This document shows, one piece after another, positions 1-9,164 of a DNA stretch of 64,000 bases. The stretch comes from Clostridiales bacterium. GTDB taxonomy: Bacteria > Bacillota > Clostridia > Christensenellales > JAISNN01. The stretch's first letter is position 1, and each line of letters starts with the position of its first letter. A model generated the notes under the pieces. It was not told the origin of the DNA. It searched no databases and saw nothing but the letters and a program-made list of their open reading frames with translations. The DNA lies in NCBI GenBank assembly GCA_031275485.1, contig JAISOS010000004.1:2163-66162 (forward strand), written 5' to 3'. Both the position numbers and the translations under genes were made by a program.

Positions 1-420
1 ATCCCGCCGCTCGTTCCTCAGCGCGACTTTTGTCGCTTCGCCCGCCGCTTTGACGGTTTTGACCAATTCCTTTCTGCGCTCGCCCGTGATTTCGGGGAAA
101 ACTAACCGTATAATTTTGCCGTCGTTCGAGGGTGTAAGACCGATATTCGCGGCAAGTATAGCCTTTTCGACAGCCTTTAAAAGACCGGAGTCCCACACCG
201 AAATCACTATGACGCGCGCCTCCGTCACGGTTATGTTTGAAATTTGATTGAGAGGAGTCGGCGCGCCGTATGCCTCTACGGTGATTTTATCCAAAATATG
301 CGGATTCGCCCTGCCCGCGCGTATATTTTGAAACTCTGTCCTCATGCTTTCCAAAGACTTGTCCATTTTTAGGACATAATCGTCAAAAACCTTTCGAACC
401 TCGTCCACTTCATAATTCAT
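1..420 (-). CDS. frr: ribosome recycling factor, C-terminal part cut by window edge
   Basis: Reverse translation from the ATG at 420-418 gives MNYEVDEVRKVFDDYVLKMDKSLESMRTEFQNIRAGRANP..., a typical RRF N-terminus. A GAGGAGG SD (rc of 428-434) lies 7 nt upstream. The ORF runs off the window, so it is absent from the ORF track. Confidence 0.9.
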   Translation of the reverse strand, partial: MNYEVDEVRKVFDDYVLKMDKSLESMRTEFQNIRAGRANPHILDKITVEAYGAPTPLNQISNITVTEARVIVISVWDSGLLKAVEKAILAANIGLTPSNDGKIIRLVFPEITGERRKELVKTVKAAGEATKVALRNERRD

Positions 421-742
421 AAAAAAACCTCCTCTCCCGGATACGGCGGCAAGCCGTTCGCCGCAATGAGAACGCGCGCCCTTTTTTGTCCGCCTGTCCG
501 TTTTTTTGCATTACATTGTTATATCGTTTTGCGGTATTCCGTTACCGCAGTTTTTCCGTATCGGCGTTCCGCAGTCCGAATACGTCATATCAAACTTACC
601 GCATCGAAACACGCCCTAATTCATAAACGCTTGAACCGCTCCCGCGCGGAAAAGAAAAAACGGTTGACGGGAACAAAAAGCCGACACGGATAAAACTGCG
701 CGTCCGTATTTTCGCTTTTTCAACAGGCGGTATACGTCAAAG

Positions 743-848
743 GCGATATTATACCGTGTAACCGAAAAACCGCGCCGGAAATAACACGGATATTATATCA
801 CGCCGAACAAAAAATTGCAACAAAAATCGGAGAAAAATGTTAGAACCC
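743..848 (-). repeat. 105-bp promoter-bearing module, copy 1 (copy 2 at 8469-8573, ~80% identical)
   Basis: Direct alignment of 743-848 with 8469-8573. The shared core is ATATTATATCACGCCGAACAAAAAA(T)TGCAACAAAAATC. Confidence 0.8.
792..820 (-). promoter_or_regulatory. sigma-70-type promoter TTGCAA-17-TATAAT, ~365 nt upstream of frr
   Basis: The minus strand reads TTGCAA (820-815), a 17-nt spacer ttttttgttcggcgtga, then TATAAT (797-792). Confidence 0.55.
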
Positions 849-1094
849 ATATTCATAAACGAAAACGTCGGTTTTACGATGGGTTTTCATTTATACGCAC
901 AGGCTCTAAGCCGTTTCCCCGGTTTTATTTTTGCCGCTTCTGCCGCTTTGCCGTAGCATTCGGTTCTTATAAAATTATTAAAACAAGCGGTAAAGTTTTT
1001 GGGAAAGTAAATTTATACGCCGCCGCGTAAAACTCTCCCTTTCACTTTGCATTCCGCCGTTCCGCGCCGCCGCCCGCTTCCCCGATTAGTCCGT

Positions 1095-4064
1095 TCAAAT
1101 CGGAAAACCGTCCGTTTTACGGCCGGCGGGCAATTTGTTCGAAATCGTAAAAATTTCCCTTACGGATTCGGCGTCCGTATCGGCGCGAATAACGACGGGC
1201 ACGGCTTCGTCAAACTTCGGCGCCGACGTAATTACCGCAAGCTTCGCGGCATATTTGTTAAGCAGGGAGTAAATAAGCCAATCCGTCCAGCCCGTAGATA
1301 CGGCCGGCAAATACGGATTCAAATTCAGCATTTCAATTTCGGCGAAATTCCGCCCATTCAAAGCTTGCAACGCGAGCTTTTCGATTTCATGCGAAACGTC
1401 CGAGTCAAGTTCGAGTTTTTCGATCGCGACAAGCGTTTTCTTATTTAATATATAGAATTTATCATTATATGAATTCAGTAATTTTACCGTGTCGTAAATA
1501 ATAATATCTTTTTCTTTCGCGAGCTTTTTTATGTCGTCTATCGGAACGTAATCGTTTCCCAAAAATATGTCTTTAAGCGCTTCGTACCCGTTCGCGGAAT
1601 CCACGGATAAGTCAATAATATGCGGGCGGCTAAACCTGAATTCATCCGAAAAAAACGCCCGCAGAACGCCGTATAAAAACCGCTCCGAGCCGATATTATT
1701 ACCGAGAAGAAAATCCTTAAAATACTTTTTTGCCAAATTAAAAATTTTCGCGTCCGAAACAATTTTCTCTTTTTCCGTTACGCTCTTTAAAAAATCCAAG
1801 AATACGTCCTTTTCCTCAAACGTTATATTATCCTTGTGAACGTATACTTTATTATATGTCGAAATAATCTCGTCGCCGCTCGTCAAGGCAAAGTAAAGCA
1901 ACGGTTCCGGCGTCCCGGCAAATTCACTTTTCAATTCGGCTAAACCGACGCCGCGTTTATGTTTACGTATGAACTCGTAAATGATGGAATAAAAATTGCC
2001 CGTCGCGTTTCCTTTTACCACATAGTCGCGCCGATAGGTAAATTCGTTATGAAAATTTTGTCTTAAAACGGCGGACAAATAATATTTATTATCGATACCC
2101 GCATCGGACAATTCGGCTTTAAAGCGGTGCAAAACCGAGTTGGTCATAACCATATCGTAAGGATATTCCGAAATAAAGCCGTGTATATCGTTTTTTAACG
2201 CCGGCGGCAGCACGACGTCCTTTCTCAAAACGTATCGACCCCGCCCTACAAGCGTACATTTGCCGGCAATCCTAGAAATTACGGCGCGGTCGGCGGCGTC
2301 TACCTTGTCGTCGTCAAAAAGGTACTTATAGCACTTTCTGAACCGCGCAAGTTCCTCCGGCTTATACAAACTTATTCCGTCCGGAAAATACCGTTCCAAA
2401 ACTACCTGATAACTATCGCCCAAACGGATAGATTTTTTTACTAAAGCATTTCCTCTTTCCGTATATTTTTCAAAAGCTAACTTCTTAACCACGTCTCCCG
2501 TCAATTCATAGCCGCGCTCGTTCAAGCGCGACACGATGTTCGCCGTTTCTCCGTCGCGCGCTCTCGGCAATATAACGGCGGGAAATTCTTTCGCCCTGTT
2601 TTGTACGTAAGGAATCCACGCAGCTTCGCCCCGTTCATCCGCATACGGAATCAAGTCCGCAAACGCGTACTTGGGCAAGATAGGATTGGCTCGCAGTATA
2701 GCTTCGGCAAACCAAATAAAAAGATCTGCGGGCACACGATACTTTTTAAGCTCCGAACGCGACACGCAATAGCGGCTCCCGCTTAGCGTCATTACCGCGT
2801 TCATAAGCGACTCTACCTTTTCGTATACGGGGGGCGAGCGCAATATTTCGGCGGATTTATTCTCTATTTGTCTGACGCGCTCTCTCGTTATTCCGAATTC
2901 GGATCCCGTTTCCGAAAGCGTCTTCGGAGAATAAAAATATCTCCGTTTCAAAACTATCCTTTGCATAGGCGACAAGCTTTTCATTATTTCCCGCAAAACG
3001 TCGCCCGGAAAAACGAGAGAAGCCGTTCGTTTTTGAACGCATTCAAGAATTTCACGCGTTTTTTCATAACCGAAATCCCGTATCTCCATATTTAAAATAT
3101 CCGACAGCGTATCCAAACCCCGGCCGTCGATTAGGTTCGAACCGAATAAGCGTTTTATTTTTACGTTTTGCAATACGGGATCCAGCTCCGCAATCCGCCG
3201 CTTCACGGAACGAAGCTCGTCGTTCAGTGCGATATAACCATGCGCGTATTGCAGTGCCGAGCGCAGACGTTCAAAAATATCGACCGCAATATCTTCGCCG
3301 TCCGTAAATTTCAAAGCGGTAATCTCAATTTTGCCGTCGTCGGAAAAAACAATTTCACGAAAAACGGCTCCCGCGTCGTAAGACGCGTTCAAGCGGCGAA
3401 GCCGCGCGGAATCAAAGATAAACAAACCGTCTTCCTCACGCTTAAAAACGCCGCGTAATTCCGGCATAAGATTCAGAAAATCGGATACGGCGTCTCTGAC
3501 GGAAAATCCGACCGTTTTAATAACGACGGACGCTTGCTCCGAAGCAAAAAACGTTATCCGAAACCGCGAAACGTCCGCATATCCGGCGGCATTTTTTTCG
3601 ACCGCACTTTCCGCGGCGGAATTGACCGTTTCAAGAGAATAAAGAACTTCCGCAGATTCCGTAGCCTCCGCGAGACGCGTAGGTTGCACCGCGTCTATTA
3701 ATTCGTCGAGATAATCCCATTCGTATAAAAACGTATTTTTTATTTCTCCCGCAACGTCCGTTAATTGTCCGAGTGTTTCGATTTCATTGAGCGTCAGCCA
3801 TCTCAACGTATTGTCGGTCAATCGGAGCTTCGACAACGGCAAATCGGAAAGCGAACCGCGCGCTTTATCCAAGCGTTCTATCAAAGATACGTAACCGCGA
3901 AACTTTACGGTTCGGTGATGCGCGCCGCCCGCGCTCCGTTTCGTATTCCCGTTGATTTCAGCGCCGTGAACAGTATCCATTTTCCGTCTTGCACGCTCCC
4001 TTTGTAAAGAATTTTTTCCCGCTCTCCGCCGAATACTCCCCGTTCGTGTAAAGCCGCGACGCAT
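1095..4064 (-). CDS. large uncharacterised protein with a sigma-70 region-4-like HTH
   Basis: 989-codon ORF. LSPMQRIVLKRRYFYSPKTLSETGSEFGITRERVRQIENKSAEIL matches the sigma-70 region 4 signature. The N-terminal LSKLRLTDNTLRWLTLNEIETLGQL resembles an RpoA-CTD-like helix-hairpin-helix. There are three ~130-aa C-terminal modules with similar end motifs. The start is uncertain (ATG at 4064 or 3980). Confidence 0.6.
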   Translation of the reverse strand: MRRGFTRTGSIRRRAGKNSLQRERARRKMDTVHGAEINGNTKRSAGGAHHRTVKFRGYVSLIERLDKARGSLSDLPLSKLRLTDNTLRWLTLNEIETLGQLTDVAGEIKNTFLYEWDYLDELIDAVQPTRLAEATESAEVLYSLETVNSAAESAVEKNAAGYADVSRFRITFFASEQASVVIKTVGFSVRDAVSDFLNLMPELRGVFKREEDGLFIFDSARLRRLNASYDAGAVFREIVFSDDGKIEITALKFTDGEDIAVDIFERLRSALQYAHGYIALNDELRSVKRRIAELDPVLQNVKIKRLFGSNLIDGRGLDTLSDILNMEIRDFGYEKTREILECVQKRTASLVFPGDVLREIMKSLSPMQRIVLKRRYFYSPKTLSETGSEFGITRERVRQIENKSAEILRSPPVYEKVESLMNAVMTLSGSRYCVSRSELKKYRVPADLFIWFAEAILRANPILPKYAFADLIPYADERGEAAWIPYVQNRAKEFPAVILPRARDGETANIVSRLNERGYELTGDVVKKLAFEKYTERGNALVKKSIRLGDSYQVVLERYFPDGISLYKPEELARFRKCYKYLFDDDKVDAADRAVISRIAGKCTLVGRGRYVLRKDVVLPPALKNDIHGFISEYPYDMVMTNSVLHRFKAELSDAGIDNKYYLSAVLRQNFHNEFTYRRDYVVKGNATGNFYSIIYEFIRKHKRGVGLAELKSEFAGTPEPLLYFALTSGDEIISTYNKVYVHKDNITFEEKDVFLDFLKSVTEKEKIVSDAKIFNLAKKYFKDFLLGNNIGSERFLYGVLRAFFSDEFRFSRPHIIDLSVDSANGYEALKDIFLGNDYVPIDDIKKLAKEKDIIIYDTVKLLNSYNDKFYILNKKTLVAIEKLELDSDVSHEIEKLALQALNGRNFAEIEMLNLNPYLPAVSTGWTDWLIYSLLNKYAAKLAVITSAPKFDEAVPVVIRADTDAESVREIFTISNKLPAGRKTDGFPI

Positions 4065-4300
4065 CGTCGCGCTCCCGTTTAATTACGGCGAAATTACTTT
4101 AGAACTTATATCATAGTTTAAAACGCGGCGGTCGCGAAGTTTTTTTGCCGCCGCCAACACATTTTTTAAAATTGCGGTAATGCCGCGACAATAAAAACTA
4201 ACGCAAATACGCGCCGAAAAGACACGCCAACGCCGTCGTTTAAAATTATAAATACGAATTCTAAATTTCCGTTATATATACTCGCCGTTTTTTGCGTATT

Positions 4301-7051
4301 TTAACGCGCCATTTCGCCGCGCAAATACGCGATTCTTTCTTTCAGTTTACGTCTTAGCCCGGCGTTTCCGTCGAGTTTTGCGCGTTCCTTTTCAACGAGC
4401 TCTTTCGGCGCCTTTTCGACGTAGCGCGGATTGCTCAAAAGCCCCTCGCCCCTTTGGATTTCCTTTTCGGCGGCTTCGATTTCCTTTTCCAGCTTCGCGA
4501 TTTCCTTTTCGGCGTCGATAAGCTCGCCGAGCGGTATCAGAACCTCGCCGAATCCGAACACTGCGGCGGCGGCGTTCTCTTTTATTTCCGATTTATCGGA
4601 CGTGAAAATCACCTCGTCCGCGTTACAGAGTTTTTTGATATATAGGACGTTTTTGGCGAAGAATTTTTCCTTTTCGCAGACTATATACAGCTTGATTTTT
4701 TTAGACGGCGGGACGTTCGCTTCGGCGCGGATATTGCGCGCGCCCTTTATTATGCCGATTACGCTCTCGAAGTTTTCCTTCGGCGCGGCCTTTTTTACGG
4801 CTTCGGGCCATTCGGAAATCATAATACTCTCGTCTGCGGCGGCGTCTTTGCCGTTAAGAGAGAGGTGGATTTCCTCCGTAATAAACGGAACGAACGGATG
4901 TAATAATTTTAAAATATTCGACAGCACAAAGTTCAGTATGGACAGACACTCCCCGCGTCTTTTCGCGTCGTCCGAATACAGCGCGGGCTTTGACAGCTCG
5001 ATATACCAATCGCAAAAATCGTCCCAGACAAACTCGTAGAGCTTAGCCGCCGCAAGCCCGACGTCGTATTTTTCCAGAGCCTTAGTCGTCAGCCTTACTA
5101 CCTTGTTCAGCTTGCCCAAAATCCACTTGTCCGCGTCGCTCAGCCTGAACGTAAAGGGTTTTGGAATGACCGCGTTTTCGCCGTTCAATATAACGAAGCG
5201 CGCCGCGTTCCAAATTTTATTCATAAAATTTCTGGCGTTCTCTATTTTATCTCGCGAATAGCGCGTATCGGAGCCGGGCGCGGTATTGAAAGACAGCGAA
5301 AATCTCAGCGCGTCCGCGCCGTACCTGTCTATCAATTCGAGAGGATCTATGCCGTTGCCGGCGGACTTACTCATTTTATGCCCGTCCGCATCCCTCACAA
5401 GCCCGTGGATAAGCACCTCCGAAAACGGCACGTCCTTCATAAAATACAGCCCCGAAAAAATCATGCGCGCCACCCAGAACGGAATTATGTCGTAAGCGGT
5501 GACCAGCACGTTTGTGGGGTAAAAAAAGTCGAGATCTTTTGTTTTTTTAGGATAGCCTAGCGTGGAGAACGGCCAGAGCGCGGAACTGAACCACGTGTCA
5601 AGAACGTCCTCGTCCTGCGCTATCGCGGCGGAGCCGCAAGCGGAACAGACCTTAGGCGCGTGCGCCTCGACGACGGTATGCCCGCAATCGCCGCAATAAT
5701 AGGCGGGAATTCTGTGTCCCCATATGAGCTGACGCGAAACGCACCAGTCCTTTATGTTATTCATCCAATTCAGATAGGTTTTTTCGTACTTGCGCGGCAC
5801 GAATTCTATCTTTTTATTTTTGACGAATTTAATAGCGGGCTCCGCGAGCGGCTTCATTTTGAGAAACCATTGACGGCTGACGAGCGGCTCCACCGCCGTA
5901 TGGCAACGGTAGCACTCGCCAACGTTATGCGTATACGGCTCCGCCTTTTCAAGAAGTCCCAAGACCTTCAAATCTTCCGTTATTTTTTGCCGGCATACGA
6001 AGCGGTCGAGCCCCGCGTAGGCGCTCCCCGCATTCTCCGTCATAACGCCGTCGTCGCCTATGACCTTTACGACCTCCAAGCCGTGCCTCTGCCCGACCTC
6101 GAAGTCGTTAGGATCGTGCGCGGGCGTAATCTTGACCGCGCCGCTCCCGAAATCCTTTTCCACATAAGAATCGGCGATTATCGGAATCTCTCTTCCCGTC
6201 AACGGCAATCTTACCGTTCTGCCGATAAACGCCTTATACCTCGCGTCGTCGGGATTGACCGCGACGGCGGTATCGCCCAGCATGGTTTCGGGTCTTGTCG
6301 TCGCGACAATGATAAAGCCGCCGGTCCGTCCGTATTCCGTCAAACGATCCGTATCCGCATCTCCGCCGGCGTTTGCCGTACCGCCGCCGGCCGCTCTTTC
6401 CGCAGTCAAATTATCCGAGTCCGTATCCGTCCTTGCGCCCGCAATCGGATATTTGATATGCCAAAGAAAAGACGGCGTTTCCGCGTATTCTATCTCCGCG
6501 TCCGACAGCGCGGTCTTGCAACTTGGACACCAATTTATTATGCGTTTGCCGCGGTACAATAATCCCGCCCTGTAATATTTTATAAACGCGTCCTTGACCG
6601 AACGGCTGAGGTTTTCGTCCATCGTGAACGCCTCGCGCGACCAATCGCAGGACGAGCCCAATTTTTTCAGCTGGTCGTTTATTTTGCCGCCGTACAGCTC
6701 TTTCCACTGCCTGGCGCGCTCCAAAAAATACTCGCGGGACACGTCATTTTTGTCCAAACCCTCTTTTTTCAGCTGTTCGGCGACTTTTAATTCAGTGGCG
6801 ATAGACGCGTGGTCGGTTCCCGGCAGCCAAAGCGCGGCGAAGCCGCGCATTCTCTTGAATCTAATTATTATATCCTGGAGCGTATTGTTGAGCGCGTGCC
6901 CCATATGCAACTGCCCCGTTATATTAGGCGGCGGCATAACGATTGTAAACGGCGTCTTGCTCTTATCCGCATCCGCCTTAAAATAGCCTTTGTTCAGCCA
7001 CATACGGTATAACCGTTCCTCATATGACTTCGGATTAAACACTTTATCCAT
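4301..7051 (-). CDS. valS: valine--tRNA ligase
   Basis: HIGH motif PPPNITGQLHMGHAL, KMSKS motif HKMSKSAGNG, TTRPETMLGD, and a C-terminal coiled coil. 916 aa. Confidence 0.95.
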   Translation of the reverse strand: MDKVFNPKSYEERLYRMWLNKGYFKADADKSKTPFTIVMPPPNITGQLHMGHALNNTLQDIIIRFKRMRGFAALWLPGTDHASIATELKVAEQLKKEGLDKNDVSREYFLERARQWKELYGGKINDQLKKLGSSCDWSREAFTMDENLSRSVKDAFIKYYRAGLLYRGKRIINWCPSCKTALSDAEIEYAETPSFLWHIKYPIAGARTDTDSDNLTAERAAGGGTANAGGDADTDRLTEYGRTGGFIIVATTRPETMLGDTAVAVNPDDARYKAFIGRTVRLPLTGREIPIIADSYVEKDFGSGAVKITPAHDPNDFEVGQRHGLEVVKVIGDDGVMTENAGSAYAGLDRFVCRQKITEDLKVLGLLEKAEPYTHNVGECYRCHTAVEPLVSRQWFLKMKPLAEPAIKFVKNKKIEFVPRKYEKTYLNWMNNIKDWCVSRQLIWGHRIPAYYCGDCGHTVVEAHAPKVCSACGSAAIAQDEDVLDTWFSSALWPFSTLGYPKKTKDLDFFYPTNVLVTAYDIIPFWVARMIFSGLYFMKDVPFSEVLIHGLVRDADGHKMSKSAGNGIDPLELIDRYGADALRFSLSFNTAPGSDTRYSRDKIENARNFMNKIWNAARFVILNGENAVIPKPFTFRLSDADKWILGKLNKVVRLTTKALEKYDVGLAAAKLYEFVWDDFCDWYIELSKPALYSDDAKRRGECLSILNFVLSNILKLLHPFVPFITEEIHLSLNGKDAAADESIMISEWPEAVKKAAPKENFESVIGIIKGARNIRAEANVPPSKKIKLYIVCEKEKFFAKNVLYIKKLCNADEVIFTSDKSEIKENAAAAVFGFGEVLIPLGELIDAEKEIAKLEKEIEAAEKEIQRGEGLLSNPRYVEKAPKELVEKERAKLDGNAGLRRKLKERIAYLRGEMAR

Positions 7052-7420
7052 ACAACATCTGTTCCTTCTTCTTTTTCAATGAGAATTTATGCTGGGGAAA
7101 GCTTTTTTAAAATAATTTGCGAGCTTCTTGCGTAGTTAAAGAATCTTATCCCCGTCGGAAACTTTGAGAGGCTTACTGAGTAGATAAAACCGCCGTAATA
7201 AGCCGTACCCGCAGTCTTGCCGCGCGGAAAGCGTTTTCCTTTACTTTAACCACCGAAGACATCCGAATTTTCCGACAATAAAAAATACGCCGGTAACCTC
7301 GCCTTATAACCGCCGCAGGGACAAGCGTTTTCGGTCGCTTTTAGCTCCCCGATGACAAACATTAACGGGCGTTAATATTTTTTATTGATAATTATTTAAT
7401 AAAGTTTTTTAGAAAGGAAC
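7052..7420 (-). promoter_or_regulatory. long 5' leader of valS (possible T-box-type leader, not verified)
   Basis: ~370 nt of non-coding DNA lies between the pgsA terminator hairpin and the valS ATG. GTC (Val) triplets and a CGGTGGTT segment (rc of 7250-7257) are present. I could not find the canonical GGTGGTACCGCG T-box. Confidence 0.3.
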
Positions 7421-7459
7421 GCGGGAAAAAGCCTTTTGTTCACAAAAAGTTTCCCCCGC
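7421..7459 (-). terminator. GC-rich palindromic element (family copy), probable pgsA terminator
   Basis: GCGGGAAAAAGCCTTTTGTTCACAAAAAGTTTCCCCCGC, 31 bp after the pgsA stop. On the minus strand it is followed by GTTCCTTTCTAAAAAAC. Confidence 0.55.
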
Positions 7460-7489
7460 ATAAAATTATAAATAATTTTAATAAAAAAC

Positions 7490-8167
7490 TTATTTCTCGG
7501 GATTATCGAATTTCTCGTCCGCCTTTCCGCCGAAATAGCCGCTTTTAAGACCCGTATTGATTTCTATATTCTTATCGCCTGCGGGAACCTTATAGTTCAG
7601 CTGTTTGGCTATAATAACGGCGTACATGACGAGGGCGAAAACCGCCGCCGCCACACCCGCGGCACACACGGTAAAACCTATTATATATAGAGTATTTTCC
7701 GCCGCGTCTCCGAACGCCCCCGCGAGAAACAAAAGCCCTATGCCAACGGCGAGGATTACGGTTGCCGCCTTGCCGTAAATATTCGCGGGAACGACGACCT
7801 TTTTGGTGAGCAAAAAGAAGCCCATAACGAGCTGCAAAGTTTCTTTAGAAACGAGTACAACCGCCAGAATATAAAACGGCGGCGTTTTTTCAGCGTAAAG
7901 CACGCTCATGCAGACCATCACGGTTATCTGCATCAGCTTATCGGCGAGCGGATCCAAAAACTTTCCGATATTCGAGACCATATTGAAACGCCGCGCGATA
8001 TACCCGTCGAAGAAATCCGTCCCCGCGCACAGCGCGAACAAAGCCAATCCCCAAACGGAGTCGTAGAACATCGCGACGGCGAACGCGGGAATCAGCAATA
8101 TTCTCGCGTAAGTGATAATATTCGGCACCGTAAAAAGCTTGTATTTGATATTTTTCATACGCCCCAC
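7490..8167 (-). CDS. pgsA: CDP-diacylglycerol--glycerol-3-phosphate 3-phosphatidyltransferase
   Basis: CDP-alcohol phosphatidyltransferase motif DFFDGYIARRFNMVSNIGKFLDPLADK. Multi-pass membrane profile. Confidence 0.85.
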   Translation of the reverse strand: MGRMKNIKYKLFTVPNIITYARILLIPAFAVAMFYDSVWGLALFALCAGTDFFDGYIARRFNMVSNIGKFLDPLADKLMQITVMVCMSVLYAEKTPPFYILAVVLVSKETLQLVMGFFLLTKKVVVPANIYGKAATVILAVGIGLLFLAGAFGDAAENTLYIIGFTVCAAGVAAAVFALVMYAVIIAKQLNYKVPAGDKNIEINTGLKSGYFGGKADEKFDNPEK

Positions 8168-8168
8168 C

Positions 8169-8300
8169 TTTTAAAACAATTTTCCTTATATTTTCAAACG
8201 GTTTTCCCGTATTTTTAAATGATTTTTTTTCAATATTTATTTTTCAACATTTTTTTATATTTTACGACATTTTTTCAACGCTTCTTCCGCATTTTTTTTT
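8169..8300. repeat. helically phased T-tract array (~12 tracts, ~11-bp spacing) just upstream of the pgsA ATG
   Basis: T(3-9) runs are centred near 8170, 8181, 8192, 8203, 8214, 8226, 8240, 8253, 8261, 8272 and 8296. Confidence 0.7.
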
Positions 8301-8468
8301 AATTACCGCGCATGAATCACGGTCTTCTTACGGGAGCGTTTATTGCCGTCCGCATTCGTTTATATCAAACAAAATAACGCAGTTACGCGCATAGCGTAAG
8401 AATACGGAGAATAACGAAAAGTCGACTCGAACGCGGCGGCGCGTTTTTGCCGACGGCGTAAAGCCGGA

Positions 8469-8573
8469 GCGGTATTATACCGTACAGCCGAAAAACCGTA
8501 CCTAAAATTATTGGAATATTATATCACGCCGAACAAAAAAATGCAACAAAAATCTGGAAAAATATTAGAATCC
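8469..8573 (-). repeat. 105-bp promoter-bearing module, copy 2
   Basis: Aligns with 743-848. It lies ~300 bp upstream of the pgsA ATG, as copy 1 lies ~320 bp upstream of frr. Confidence 0.8.
8518..8546 (-). promoter_or_regulatory. sigma-70-type promoter TTGCAT-17-TATAAT
   Basis: The minus strand reads TTGCAT (8546-8541), the same 17-nt spacer ttttttgttcggcgtga, then TATAAT (8523-8518). Confidence 0.55.
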
Positions 8574-8941
8574 GCACTCATCAATGAGGGCGCCGGATTT
8601 TCGGGAGACTTTTGCGGCTTTCGAGGCGCTTTCCGAGAGTTCTTAGCAAGACTGACACAGTACGCCTTTAAAGCCGTGCCGTCCGTTAGTTGAAATGGAT
8701 TCCGAACCATTTTCACGCGAACGGACGCATTTTTGACGGCGCACGCTTCAAAGAAAGCGTGTGCGGAAAAACGACTGCGCCGCGTATAAAGCGATAAAAT
8801 ATACGAAACGGCGCGGCTTTATAAAGAAATCTTTTATATCATCGGATTATTCGTATGACAGCGAGTAAAATTTTAAACGACACGCCGCGCAGTTTAAACG
8901 ACCGCAGTAACGCGGCGGTAAAACGCTTTGGTATTTTACGG

Positions 8942-9164
8942 CTTTTCACTGCGGCGGCGTTAAAAGAGGCGGGTATCCCCCCGTCAAATTTGAAGCTTGT
9001 CTCAAATTTCTTTTAAATTATGCGGCGCGGAATTTAAAAGTTTAACAAGTACAGCTTTTCACCGCGACGACATTAAAAGGCGGGTATCCCCCGTAAAATT
9101 TGAAGCTTGTCTCAAATTTCTTTTAAATTATGTGATGCGGAATTTAAAAGTTTAACAAGTACAG
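8942..9164. repeat. tandem duplication of a ~112-bp unit overlapping the copA 3' end
   Basis: Unit 1 is 8942-9054 and unit 2 is 9055-9164, with ~10 differences. Each unit holds two hairpins: AAATTTGA-n8-TCAAATTT and TTTTAAATT-n11-AATTTAAAA. Confidence 0.85.

Noticed and set aside
815-1030. Small plus-strand ORFs 815-1030 and 8511-8693 that share the MQQKS(E/G)K sequence, possibly a repeated small protein.
   Set aside because: The shared residues come from the duplicated promoter module read on the opposite strand. Similarity stops where the DNA repeat stops, and there is no SD.
3134-3143. GGTTCGAACC, a tRNA T-arm-like string.
   Set aside because: It lies inside the 989-aa CDS with no surrounding cloverleaf. 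I noticed no tRNA-like structures in the intergenic regions.
8942-9164. Possible CRISPR array (also considered for 44442-44596).
   Set aside because: The units are directly tandem with no unique spacers. There are only 2-4 copies, the unit sizes (112 and ~45 bp) do not fit repeat-spacer architecture, and no cas genes are present.
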